The notes under the pieces are model-generated. The model was not told the origin of the DNA. It saw nothing but the letters and a program-made list of their open reading frames with translations, and did not search any database. A stretch of DNA of 63,388 nucleotides, filler included, from Octopus bimaculoides (lineage: Eukaryota): NCBI RefSeq assembly GCF_001194135.2. It is 4 parts of 4 records of this genome, joined end to end, with 100 filler letters (N's around TTAATTAATTAA, not from the genome) between each part and the next. Parts side by side here need not be neighbours in the genome. Positions count along the whole stretch, not along the records: positions 32,281 to 63,388 come from NC_068995.1; 3 more parts are not named here. One strand, written 5' to 3'. Positions 48,926 to 61,794 of this stretch are shown piece after piece (the first letter of the stretch is position 1; each line of letters starts with the position of its first letter). The translations under genes and the position numbers were made by a program.

Positions 48926-49689
48926 TCTGTGTCTGTGTACGTTCACTTTGTTTATCGAAATATGTTTTCTTCAGATATTTCCTCAGAAGCAAACTAATGT
49001 TGTATCTTGAATATGTCCCCACACTTTTTTGTACATCACCATGGATTTATCTGTTTCTACGTTGTTTGTTATTTTCTTAACTTTAGGCACATTATGTATG
49101 TTTTTAATATGCTCGAAATTATTTAGTAAGCTCGTTTGATCCGTATATATTTGTTTTTCTCTGTGAAATTGGTTTGTCATGGCTCATTCAAAAACATTAT
49201 ATTTTAGGATTAAGTAGAATTTTCTGAAAATAACGAATTGCCATTGGGTAACATGTAAAACACCGAAGCTACGCAAAATATATATTGCCACAAAGCAAAA
49301 TTGTCAGGAATAAAACATTTTATATACTTCCAATTTGGAATCACTTGTACATGATGCCCTGAATTAAAAAAAAAAAATCTTATGAAAATTTCAGTAGCGC
49401 AGCTTTAGTAGTGTGAGTTAAAATGAGTTGGGCTTTATTATTTAATCTTTTGTGATGGATAAGTGAAGTGCTTGGATCAAAATAAATACTATACCCTTCG
49501 TTTTTTTTCATAAATAAACGAATGCGATATTTGTGTTCATAGTAAAAAAGATATTTTTTTCAATCGTTTTGCGAGTATTTTAAAAACCTATCTCTATCTT
49601 TGAATTACTTCATTTATTAGACTGCAGACATAATGGGGCACTGCCTTGAAATGAACTGGTGGATTCTTCCTCTAGTATTGATTTAAAAT

Positions 49690-49895
49690 GCTGGCACAGG
49701 TGCAATAATTCTAGGGAAGTGTGTATGTTGATTACATCAACCCCAGTGCTCAACAAGTATTAATTTTATCGAACCCCAAATGAATAAAAGCAAAGTAGAT
49801 TTCGGTGACATTTGAACTCACAGCGTAAAGTCAGAAAAGATGCTGTTAAGTATTACCGCTGCTTTGCTAACGATTCTGCCAGCTCGCCGCCTTCT
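49690..49895 (-). mobile_element. Degenerate S1 SINE
   Basis: TTTTATCGAACCCC...ATTTGAACTCACAGCGT...CTAACGATTCTGCCAGCTCGCCGCCTT is the reverse complement of the S1 head. Confidence 0.78.
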
Positions 49896-51103
49896 TGCTG
49901 CTTCAAATATAAAAAAGATGTGTTCAAAAGGATAGAGTCACATTATTTCTTTTAAAACAATATTCTGTAATTTCCAACGTTTCAATGGTCTGTTTGTAAA
50001 TAAGGTTTTTGCGTACACTCGTCCATAAACTGTGTCATATTTCTGAAGCGAAGGAAAAGAGTGTCTGAAAAAAAAAAAAGGTTTAATGATTTAAAATGAG
50101 AACCATGAATACATGATGCCCTTAACCAGTTCACGTGAATGTGGTGTATAAAGATCATAATTATCTCCCTACTAATCTAAGATCAATATAATTTAGAATT
50201 GACGTCTTTAATGGCAGTATTTGTATCTATGAATTATTTCAAGTTAATAAACGAGGTACTTGGTTATAAATCTTTATTGCTGATCGGGTATGCATAAATA
50301 TGTTACCTTTAGTTGTAGTGCATACACGTGTAGAGAAAATTAACTACAAGTTTGGCAGGAATATGATTATTACACTATTTCAGAATGATGGAATGAATAG
50401 TTTCACGCAATCAATATGTGTGTACGAATGACACTTATTGCTGCAGAAGCTTGCACTTTGGATCAAGTTCTACAAAGCTATAATCCGGAGTGTAATCGAG
50501 GAAAAATAGTTAGCAAGTTTGATGGCATTTTGGAAAGAAATATTGTATACAGTGATAGTCTTTCTGCAATTTAACATAGTAAGTATCTATAAGAAATAGA
50601 TAACTTCGTGAGACAGATTCATTTGTATCTTTTGAAAGATTGATGATATTTCATGGAGGTTTATACTGAAATGATTAGAAACCTTCTGATAGTTATTGTA
50701 CATAAATGCATAACATTCATACATACCGGACTACATAAATATTGTTATACTTATGGATTGTCATCTTTTCCCAATTAATCACATAAATAGTACTACTTAT
50801 AGATTAAATTCTAAAACCGGGTTCTTATTGAGGAGCAAGCGTTCCGAATTCACTCGTGAGATAATATATTTATATCAGGGGCACTATAAAAAATAACATA
50901 TTAGAAAAAGCAAGGATCATAGCATTTTGAGTTGCTACACATAAAAAAAATATAAGGTGTACATGGATCAATACTGCATGGATCTATTTCTGATCCCCAC
51001 CCGCTTAGTATCAGTTTATGATTTGAATGACGTTTCTTTCATTAATACTCACGCACTCAGGAAACATATTCACACACGCATATATAATATATATAAGTAT
51101 GCA

Positions 51104-51147
<44 letters not shown>

Positions 51148-51412
51148 ATCTATCTATCTATCTATCTATCTTTATATCTATATATCTATCTATCTATCTA
51201 TCTAACTATCTCTCACTTTCTCTCTCTCTCTCTATCTCTGTTTCTCTCTCTCTCTATCTATATATGTATGAATATATTTATGACAACCTGCGCATTAAGA
51301 GTCATCACTACTGCGTCAAATCGCAAACAACCGAAGAACAATCTACGCACATACAGTGGATGTGTGTTCGATAGCACACACACATATCATGTACATATAA
51401 AGAATTTGAGGG

Positions 51413-52980
51413 GTTTAGTTCACTGGTGAACTAAACGAATAGTTACACTGAGTAAGTGGTTTAATTGGTCGATCATTGGGTTCCAATTTCTCTCCTGAGG
51501 CTGGAGCAAGGGATCCGTGTTAGGCTTCCGTGTTAGTAGTATATATTAGAGGGAAAGGGCAACAAAAATCAAGGCACGACGAGTATCTAATGTCATTTAT
51601 AATAATTGAATTGGGGTGAGGTGAATTAATTTGCAGTCTTACAGCTGTTTCTAGGATATCTGAATCGATAGGCTAGCATGTCTGTATACTGGGTATTCCG
51701 TCATCAAAGACAAGGTGAGTATGAATGAAAGTACTAAACAGGGAAATTAACAGTTTATAAAGAATGATATAGAAGAATAAAGATTAAAAGATAGAAGAAT
51801 ACAGACAGAAGAATAAATCTCAGAGATCGTCTTTTTCCAGAATGTATAGAATTTGATCTGTACCTTTGTGAAGGTATAATCTCAGGCAAATCTAGGCAGT
51901 ATTTTGGCAGTATTTTGAAGGATGCGCTCATGTTCAAGTAATGGATTAAATGGTTAGCTATTATGTAAATGGTCCACGTGGGTATATAGAGTGAGAAAGA
52001 CTGACATGAAGATAGACAGAAGTGTGTTGTGAATGAGTGGATAGAAGAGAGAAAAAAAGAGAGAAAAGCAGGAGCGGGATAGGTGCAGGAAAGAATGAAT
52101 TACAGATAAAGTAAAGTAAAATCAAAAATCAAAACTAAAAATAAAAACTAAGGATAAGAAATAAAAATTAAAAGAATAAAGATAGAGATAAGATGTCAGT
52201 ATCATACTTCGTAAGTGTCGGTTCGGAGTGTGAGGTTTGGTAAAGTGGAGGTGGAAGGTATTTAAGTCTATTAATTAAATAGATGAAATCTAAGTTAGGT
52301 GTGGTCAATCGTCAGTAGGGATAACTAAAAATAGATTCCTAGCTTAAGGGAATTAAATGGATAAAGGATAAAACTTAAGGAAGTAAAATTCAAGTTAAAA
52401 GTTAAACTGAAAATTAAAATCAAAAATTAAAATTGAAAAATTGAAAAAATTAAAGAATTAAAGATAGCAAGCTTCAAAGACACTTACGTTGATAAGGAAG
52501 AAGGCGTTATATGTTTTGATTTTGCTTACATTTGAACCTATGAAAGAATCTAAAGGTGCAAAAGAACTTATGCATACATGTAGAAAATGCTTCATGATGT
52601 GCGCTGGCCTTCGTATGGGAGAACAGAATCTATTATGGCCCAGGATATCCTATATGGTACTTTCTTATTTATCAGATGGTGTATGTGTTTGGCTAGGAAC
52701 ATCGATTTGCTATGCTCTTCTTATTTAACTGAGTTTAGATGTGCAGAATATCTCCGTTTAAAATTAATAGTAGACTCGATATAGTAGCTAAGAGTTTTAT
52801 ATAATATGTTGTTGACAAGGCATGTGTATACTACGTTAAATATTCTGCAGTGGGCTTGCAGCGGGCATTCGGTCTTGGACAGGTGGTCACAGCTATCTTT
52901 CTTATGTGGGTTAGTTGTGGAGAGGGAAGATGCTGTACTATTTATGAAAATGTTAAAGTTTAGGGAGGCATTATGGGATT
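51413..52980 (-). mobile_element. Penelope-like element remnant: GIY-YIG endonuclease plus long 3' UTR with a hammerhead-like motif
   Basis: Minus frame 52894 to 52590 reads SCDHLSKTECPLQAHCRIFNVVYTCLV...YYIESTINFKRRYSAHLNSVK*...LAKHIHHL...YRISWAIIDS. This fits the PLE GIY-YIG layout (C..CPL...VVY...YIG.T...FK.RY..H). Outer boundaries are approximate. Confidence 0.82.
51636..51711 (-). ncRNA. Hammerhead-like motif with U3 core variant
   Basis: Minus strand: GTCT-TTGATGA-C-GGAATA-(34 nt)-ATATCC-TA-GAAA-C-AGCT-G-TA^AGAC. Stem I is 4 bp, stem III is the palindrome ACAGCTGT, and the triplet is GUA. Confidence 0.55.
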
Positions 52981-53003
52981 GACTCGTCTTATTATTCTTG
53001 CTG

Positions 53004-53053
<50 letters not shown>

Positions 53054-53321
53054 ATTATTATTACCATTATTATTTATTTTAAAAAAATATTATCGTCAGT
53101 ATTATTATTTTTTTTTTATTGTTATTATTATTATTATTATTANNNNNNNNNNNNNNNNNNNNNNNNNNNNNNNNNNNNNNNNNNNNNNNNNNNNNNNNNN
53201 NNNNNNNNNNNNNNNNNNNNNNNNNNNNNNNNNNNNNNNNNNNNNNNNNNNNNNNNNNNNNNNNNNNNNNNNNNNNNNNNNNNNNNNNNNNNNNNNNNNN
53301 NNNNNNNNNNNNNNNNNNNNN

Positions 53322-53465
53322 TGTATGTTATATATAATTGTAAGTCCTGGTATTTTTGTTATGTATTTGTCTGAATATTTTTTTTATTATACCTAAGGCA
53401 CCTACTATGATAGGAATTGTTTCTGTTTTTAGATTCCACATTCGAGTTATCTCTATTTCCAGGTC
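53322..53465 (-). pseudogene. R4/Dong-clade C-terminal (restriction-like endonuclease region) fragment next to (TAA)n
   Basis: Minus strand: KDLEIEITRMWNLKTETIPIIVGALGIIKKYSDKYITKIPGL. Confidence 0.8.
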
Positions 53466-53509
53466 TTTATTATTATTATTATTATTATTGTTATTATTAT
53501 TATTATTAC

Positions 53510-53556
<47 letters not shown>

Positions 53557-53779
53557 GTAGTAGTAGTAGTAGTAATGGTGGTGCGATTAGTATTAACATT
53601 CGTTTTAGCCGTACTCCCACCTTATTGGAAAGCGGAATGTTGGTGTCCTGGTTTATGCTGCTTACAGTGCTAGGGTTACGGTTGTGGTATGTGCTATCAT
53701 GCTCCGTGTTAATGTTTACGTAGCATTGACCTATGTTATGATTATATATATTTTGCTAGTACGAATTAAGTTTACGCTT

Positions 53780-53990
53780 ATTGGATGTGATACTATATTA
53801 GGCGGAGAGGATTGGGATCAATTCCGAATAGTTCTGCTGAAGATTGAAGATGGCACCAGAGGCTAAAATGAGTCTTGTTATTATCTGTTTTCCACATATA
53901 CTGTCCTTTGTCGAAGTGGATCCTAGGTACTTGAATGTGTCCACTCCATCAAGTCTCCGTTTAGCTATGTTTCGATAATTACTATTATCC
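53780..53990 (-). pseudogene. RTE LINE RT C-terminal fragment
   Basis: RRLDGVDTFKYLGSTSTKDSICGKQIITRLILASGAIFNL fits the V..FKYLGS...EI..RI..A..AF motif. Confidence 0.72.
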
Positions 53991-54279
53991 AAGATATTTC
54001 TCATTTTGGGGCTGATCTTCACTCCGTAGGCTACGGTTACATTTACCACTCTGGTATTGAGTTTCTGTAGCTTTGCTTCTTTACTCTAACAAGTGAGTAT
54101 CAGCAGCAAAGCGCAGATTAGAAATGAGCCATTCTTGATTGAAAACAAATGGGTGGAAGGCTTGAATTTTCTTCTGCAAGATGTTCTCCAAGAAGTTGCT
54201 GAAATGCACAGGAAAGAAGATACATCCTTGTTGAACACCCATTGTTGTCCTGAAAAATTACTCAACAGTTTTCAACAAG

Positions 54280-54670
54280 ACTCAGAATATAAAAGTCACT
54301 CCCGAATTCGATTTTTCCGTTTGGGTGCGAAAGCTGGACTCCTACAGCTGACATGGAGCGAAAAACCCAAGCGTTTAAAAACAAGTGCTTCAGATAACTA
54401 ATACACATTCATTACACAGAACATAAAATGATCAGCTTTGTAAGGCAGTATGGCAAGAATTCAGCAGGCCTACCGGATCCATTCGTTACCCAGGTAAAGT
54501 AACAAAACATACTTTACACGATCAAGAATATCACCATGACACTATGTCTTAAACCGCTATTCAGATTCAGGGCATACAGAAAAAAATCCTGGTTTGACAA
54601 TATTATGAATTGGACAGGTAGGAAGAGAACAGAAACCAGTGGCGACTGCTGAGTAAAAAAGCGTCTAGGT
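54280..54670 (+). pseudogene. RTE LINE 3' fragment
   Basis: LRI*KSLPNSIFPFGCESWTPTADMERKTQAFKNKCFR*LIHIHYTEH...KSWFDNIMNWTG. Confidence 0.78.
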
Positions 54671-55358
54671 TGGCACCCCAAATACTGGCTGCGTAAGTTA
54701 GATCTTAGACACACACACACACTCATATATACTCACATATATATATATTTGTTCATATACACAAGTATATACATATATATGTATGTGTGTGTGTGAATAT
54801 ATATATGCACACACACATATATTTATACATATGTCCATCTGCGTGTGTGTGTGTGTGTGTGTGATTATGTATATTCCATCACTGCAATATAGTATACTAC
54901 TGGAACACAAATAAGGACGAAAAAAGCATTTTATATATTGAATATATTCCCGGATAAAAGGTATGTTTAAAATGTTAATTTCAATGATGAAACAGAACAG
55001 GTCAGTCCAGTACAATAAGCTATAGATAACATAATTTTCTATTTCTACCAAATAGAGACATTAGAATATAATTATATTTTCAAAAACATATGATACATAA
55101 CAATTTCATCGAATGCATAAGCATAAATTTATTTAGAGTAAAAAATAATCATTTTTCTTTATGTTAACAGCTTCATTCCATTGTTAAATGCATACAATTG
55201 GTGTCGATGGAAATATCAGTTTCTCATTGTAAAGTGAATATTAACTGAAGTATTACAATTGAGTAACAGGATTAAAGCACTGGGGTTTTCTTACATTAAA
55301 TCACCTAACTAATCATGTTTCCTTTTTTATAGCTTAAAGTGAACGTATGTGCATGCGT

Positions 55359-55403
<45 letters not shown>

Positions 55404-55757
55404 TATATAATTATTATGTTTAAAACATACATATACAAACATGTATATATATATATATGAATATATATATATGTGTGTGTGTGTGTATGTGTGTGTGTGT
55501 ATTCGTGTGTGCGTGTCTGTGCGTGTGTGAATGTGTTTATGTATATCACTGCATCTCTCTCATCGTGTCTTGATTTCTTCCCTCAGTCCACTGCATTTTC
55601 GTTGGTCTGCTGTGCACGAACAAGTGAATATTCTAACCGAATAATTAAGTCACGCAGATTGTACGATGCTTTACTAATAAATAACATGCTTGGTGAGAGG
55701 TAATCTACGCAGTCCTTTGTGTTACTCTGTTGTTTCCATTCTTTGATCAGCACATAC

Positions 55758-55819
55758 CATGCTGAGATACAGCGTTACCAGACAGTATTTTCTTAACATC
55801 ACATAAATCCATGAACCAC
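55758..55819 (-). other. Candidate small exon (62 bp) of an unidentified minus-strand transcript
   Basis: Acceptor TCTTGTGCTTTGCCCTCCTAG| and donor CATG|GTATGT. Two frames are open (GSWIYVMLRKYCLVTLYLSM or WFMDLCDVKKILSGNAVSQH). No recognised homology. Confidence 0.3.
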
Positions 55820-56153
55820 CTAGGAGGGCAAAGCACAAGATGTTGCATGCAAGAACCAACCTTTATCAGTAGTAGAGAGAAAACTTATATTTCTTTTCAC
55901 TATTTTCAGATTTCTCCTTTTTGCTTTTTTATTCTTAATTTTATTTTCCTGGTCGATCTTCTTATAGACTACCAGATATCAAGTCTTTTCATTTAGCTAA
56001 CTACGTGATTTCATGTATATTTCGCTTATATAGTACATAATTTTGAAAAAGAAATTTGAGGGATATGAAATTAATAACTTATATCCCTATGTACGCAATG
56101 CGTGTATAAGTATATATATCCACGCATATGATAATACAAATGCGCGTGCGTTT

Positions 56154-56200
<47 letters not shown>

Positions 56201-56368
56201 CCTGTGTGCGTGTGTGTGTGTTCTATGGATATGTGAAGAATTCATTCATCGGAATACACATAAGTTATTGTACACTTTCTACCAAAATTATATGCATCTA
56301 GCTTGGAACTTTGGAGATTATCAAAGCATTTACAATATATAGAATAGTTAGCCATATCTACTCACATC

Positions 56369-56401
<33 letters not shown>

Positions 56402-56418
56402 GTACATATGCTCACATG

Positions 56419-56455
<37 letters not shown>

Positions 56456-56979
56456 ATTTTATACTAGAAAGTAAATTTCGAATGCAGTTAAGCTGTAAGT
56501 ACAGCAGAAAAAGATTGGGTATCTACGCATAAAAGGCGGAACTCGATCCCGTACCCTTCAGTGCTCTAATCATTAATGTGAACAGTCCTTCACTCCCCCG
56601 CCTCCGACAACATCAAATTTACCATCAAATTTAATGCTTAATTATATCTTTTGAATGTGACATGTTATAAACTGTCTGAAAAACGAAAAATTGAATATAC
56701 GAGAATTTACTATTAATCACAACAATTGTTTCGACACATCTAGCATTGATCCCTCATGGGTCGGACACTCAACAATTGGTTCAGGAACATTCCGCGGTGC
56801 AGATGTATCTCGTTGGGTGATAAATAAATACAAATCGTTAAAATAACGGTTCCACAACGTTACTTCATATGGATATGAAAAGAGAGAGGAATACAGAGAG
56901 AGAAGAACGATGTTGTTATTGCTTTGTTTTAAGCTTACTAATCAGTATGCTTCATTTTCGAAATTGCAATTCAACTTAC

Positions 56980-57051
56980 AAGGATCAATTCTTAGTAAGG
57001 ATAATTCAAATGAGCTAGAGGAGTCTCGAAACTGATTCTCGAGTCGTGTGG
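56980..57051 (-). other. Candidate exon (72 bp, phase 1-1)
   Basis: Acceptor GTTTTCTGACAG| and donor CCTT|GTAAGT. One frame is open (TRLENQFRDSSSSFELSLLRIDP). Confidence 0.27.
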
Positions 57052-58439
57052 CTGTCAGAAAACGTCCTTTTGAATCGAGAACCTTCATAATGACCATTAA
57101 CAGTGTGCAGGTATTTATCTCCATAGTATGGAGTTACTTTTATGCTCTAGAAATATTGCACGACATTACCATGAAGTAGTTTGGATAATCATTCCATTCA
57201 GTTGATTTTTAGGGAGTTTTCTGTAAGCCGTTACATTCAGCAGCATTTTAAATAAAGAATAGAATTTCTCCTACTTTCTTTGCCGTAATTAGAAGGGGAA
57301 AAATTGCCTTCACAACTTCAATCTAGCTGTTTATCACATTGGATAGGAGGAGCTGATAGAAATGTTTGTGCAATCTGAATACGATTGAATCGTTCTGTGT
57401 AAATATCATGCAATTGCACGGCACACACGCTGTTGAAAGAAAAGTGTGTCATTGCCTTTCAAGACAGCGTTACAATGAATTTAAATACGGAGATACACTT
57501 CTAAGCATACGAATTCTATGAAAGTCTAGTTCTGGGAAAATGGTGCTTAAAATACAACTGCAGAGTGTTGCGAGTTGGGTAACATTCAACACAATAGTTC
57601 ACGAATAACATCATTCAATGTTTGGTTGCTAATCCTTCTTTCTATTTCGAAGATGCAAATGACACCACGAACTTTACTCAAAAAATGGATATTGAAACTA
57701 AGAATGTAACTAAATGTTACAACTTCTTCTGCATATCTCAAACTTGTAGTTCGAGGTTATAACATTTTACTTCTGCAGGTTTTGTTGGCTTTTCTTTGCC
57801 GCATTATTATGGTTTTGATACTGCGGGGTATTTATGTAACATTAACATTATAAACGATTTCTTTAACTTTCGTGCGAAGTAGGTAGTCTATTCACGGATG
57901 GCCTATCAATGGCGCAAGTATTAATTGCAAAGACGGTAATAATAGTAAACATATATATGCTGCAGGTTTATTAAACAAGATTATGGCCCAAATACACTCT
58001 CACTCTGTGAATGTGTATATGTGTCAATGTCTATGTATGTATGTATGTATGTATGTCTGCGCATATATGTANNNNNNNNNNNNNNNNNNNNNNNNNNNNN
58101 NNNNNNNNNNNNNNNNNNNNNNNNNNNNNNNNNNNNNNNNNNNNNNNNNNNNNNNNNNNNNNNNNNNNNNNNNNNNNNNNNNNNNNNNNNNNNNNNNNNN
58201 NNNNNNNNNNNNNNNNNNNNNNNNNNNNNNNNNNNNNNNNNNNNNNNNNNNNNNNNNNNNNNNNNNNNNNNNNNNNNNNNNNNNNNNNNNNNNNNNNNNN
58301 NNNNNNNNNNNNNNNNNNNNNNNNNNNNNNNNNNNNNNNNNNNNNNNNNNNNNNNTATATATTTATATATATATGTGTGTGTGCATGTGTGTGTGTATGT
58401 GTGTGTGTGTGTGTGCGTGTGTGTGTGTGTGTGTGTGTT

Positions 58440-58655
58440 TGAGCGGGTATGTGAAAGTCCCTGGCTTTGGGTGAAAGAAAATACAGGCGGATCAGTTGAT
58501 TGTGATTTCATTGAACATATTTTCCTCTCAAGTTCACACACTAATTGCCACGGTCCTTCAGTTTCTCTATGCCTTGAAAAAGAGTTCGGAAAGTTGGGTC
58601 TCCAACCAAGACTTTCGCGATACCCTTAAAGGCATGTTTTTTCAGCACCCTTCGC
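58440..58655 (-). mobile_element. Mariner-derived MITE
   Basis: Reverse-complement homologue of 59086-59302, with degenerate TIRs (GGGTATGTGAAAGTCCCTGGCTTT / TTTTCAGCACCCTTCG). Confidence 0.7.
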
Positions 58656-59085
58656 ATATATATACATATAATTTATTTTTCCGTTAAAGTAAGATTATCT
58701 TTAAAATTACTCCATCCGCTGACCGGTATAATTTGTTTAATGCACATAGTATATAGTTATTAGCTACACATATTTTCATACATTGGACATATTCTGTAGT
58801 GTCTCCAAGTGAGCAACTGGCTCTGAGCACATGGCCTATACAAATTTAAAATAAAGACAAAAGGAACAAGACTTTTACTAAGACTGGAGCAAGGTCTTTC
58901 TTGTATAAGACTCATCCTTCTGTCATCTGAATTGAGGTTTTCTCCGCTGAACCTGATACAACATATTATGAACCGAAATGCCTTTATTGTAGATGACGTA
59001 TATTAGTACAACAATATTCAAGACGCCATGAATCTTAGTTATTGCGTACGAGGTGTAATTACTACAATCTTAGTAAATATATCTA

Positions 59086-59302
59086 CGTTGGGGTGATGAA
59101 AAGTTCTCGGCTTTAAGAGCATCGCAGTTGACCTGGTTGGAGACCCAAACTTACGATTTCGTTTAGAGTGCTTTGAAATACTGAAGGATTGCTGCAATAA
59201 ATGTGTGAATCTGAGAGGGGAACATGTTGAATAAAATCATATGTAACTGATCCTCCTGAATTTTCTTTTGCTCAAAACCAGGAACTTTTCAGTGCTCCCT
59301 TG
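59086..59302 (+). mobile_element. Mariner-derived MITE with TA flanks
   Basis: TA|CGTTGGGGTGATGAAAAGTTCTCGGCTTT ... AAAACCAGGAACTTTTCAGTGCTCCCTTG|TA. It retains the transposase C-terminus CNKCVNLRGEHVE*. Confidence 0.78.
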
Positions 59303-59439
59303 TATAGACTTGGATTAGACTAATTAATTTATATCATGTTTACGGCAATTCTTTAGGAAAATTATATATATATTCTAAGGAAACAAATAAGATGTTTTAT
59401 TTTTTTTAACATTAAACTATGTTATGACAAATTCAGATG

Positions 59440-59595
59440 ACAAAATATTAGTTTACTGAAAACTTACTTATGTTATCGATCCGCAAGAGTTAAAGGCAAA
59501 GTCTACCTCGGCAGAATTTAAACTCAGACAGTATAGACGGGCAAAATGCTGCTAAGCATGGTGTCCGGCGTGCTAACAATGCTGCAGGCTCGCTG
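59440..59595 (-). mobile_element. Degenerate S1 SINE
   Basis: AAGGCAAAGTCTACCTCGGCAGAATTTAAACTCAGA. Confidence 0.75.
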
Positions 59596-60035
59596 CCCTA
59601 CAATGAGCATACAAAATATTGAGGAACATAAAGAAGCATGCAAGCAGAAGGCCCATGCAGACGAAGAGATATATTTCTACACAAAAACACACACAAGCAA
59701 ACACACACGCACACAAACCCTCACAGAGAGACATACGCGCACACATACATAGAAAAACACGTATTCACGAGCACACTCAATTGTTATGCTTATAAAGTAT
59801 ATTTCTATGCATACATATATACTACGTACATATATGCATACAGGCACAGCCACATATACATAAATAGATAGATAGATAGAAACACGTATAAATATGCATT
59901 TATATATATATATATATACATAGATATGTGTATGTAACTGTATGTGCGAGTGTGTGTGCGCGGTTAAAGAAACTGTCCAGTGAATATTGCTATGTTAACA
60001 CACGCTTCATCGCCTACTACGCACAGACATACAGA

Positions 60036-60097
<62 letters not shown>

Positions 60098-60964
60098 TTC
60101 ATGTATATTTATACAAACATACCCACACACACTCACACACACGTGTATACATATGGATGTATGTATGTATGCATATATGTATACATTTATATATATATAT
60201 ATTTGTATATGTATGTATATGTAGGTATGATGTGTATATATATATCAAATTATGAGTGTACTCCTGTGTCACTGTGTAAATACATAAACTTGCACTAAAC
60301 TTATTTACACATTATGCGTATACATTTATAAATATGTATATATGAATATTTTGCGTGCCAAATTACTTAACATTTCGTTTTTTTCTGTTGTTATTTTAAT
60401 GCATGAATGCATGTGTTTGTATTTGCACACCCTGAGGTGTGGCATGTTGCCAAGAGCTGATTTCTTCTACCAGCATTCAATCATGCATAAACTGTCCAAC
60501 AGAAAGAAAAAATATTTTCAAATTGTATGTTACTAAGCAACGTACAGTAACCCAACACACACCATCTTCCCATGGACGCCATATAAATTGTTTGGTCATA
60601 TAATTCAACTTTTTATTTTGTATATTACTCTATCTTAAATTATTATTGTTGATAAAATGAATATAAAAAGGATTCAATATTTATACTTTAATATATTTTT
60701 AACAGAATTCTATACATAAAACCGAGTAAGCAGCAGTATGCATAATACCCTTGTTGCATATTTTATTAAATGTTATTTCTGTGGATAATATTTATGCATA
60801 CATAGCATCCTGTCGTGATAGGTGTCCCATCCCTTTCCCTAGATTGTCATAGTTCAATATGTATAGATTAATAAAATATGACACATAGACAAACACTCTT
60901 ATTGATTGCATGCCTGTTGTGAACTATATATGTGTGCCTACACACACAAATACATACGTGTGCA

Positions 60965-61005
<41 letters not shown>

Positions 61006-61208
61006 CAGATTTCCAATCNNNNNNNNNNNNNNNNNNNNNNNNNNNNNNNNNNNNNNNNNNNNNNNNNNNNNNNNNNNNNNNNNNNNNNNNNNNNNNNNNN
61101 NNNNNNNNNNNNNNNNNNNNNNNNNNNNNNNNNNNNNNNNNNNNNNNNNNNNNNNNNNNNNNNNNNNNNNNNNNNNNNNNNNNNNNNNNNNNNNNNNNNN
61201 NNNNNNNN

Positions 61209-61378
<170 letters not shown>

Positions 61379-61794
61379 TGTATGGGTTAAGATAAAGACA
61401 ACATATGAAGCGTTATGCTCCTTGTAACGTGATTATCGAATGAAATCTGTTTAGAAAAAAAATCATATACCACAATGTGTGATAAATTATCACCAGTGTG
61501 TATTTTGATATTCATTAATCGGTGTTTAGTGAAACAGGGCATTTCCCATTGACTATAGATATTGTCTAGAAGTACCTACTAAACGAATATACTGTCTTTC
61601 ACTGTCACTGTACACACAAATATATTCAGTTGAGTTATAAACAATTTCCGATTATTTAAACATATTTACCCATAAAATTTTCTACGAAGAATTATTTTCG
61701 ATTATTAGTATATCTGCCATTATTTTGAATGATCTGTTTTCCATTTAGTAGTAGTAGTAGTAGTGGTAGTAGTAGCAGCAGCAGCAGCAGTGTA

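Noticed and set aside
56714-56770. Minus-strand GAAAC-AATT-GTT^GTG (palindromic stem III of a hammerhead)
   Set aside because: The upstream core reads CCCATGA and stem I does not pair. Too degenerate to call.
57427-57470. Hairpin ACGCTGT-TGAAAG...CTTTCA-AG-ACAGCGT (possible pre-miRNA)
   Set aside because: Only 13 bp of pairing with no extension, too short for a canonical precursor without small-RNA evidence.
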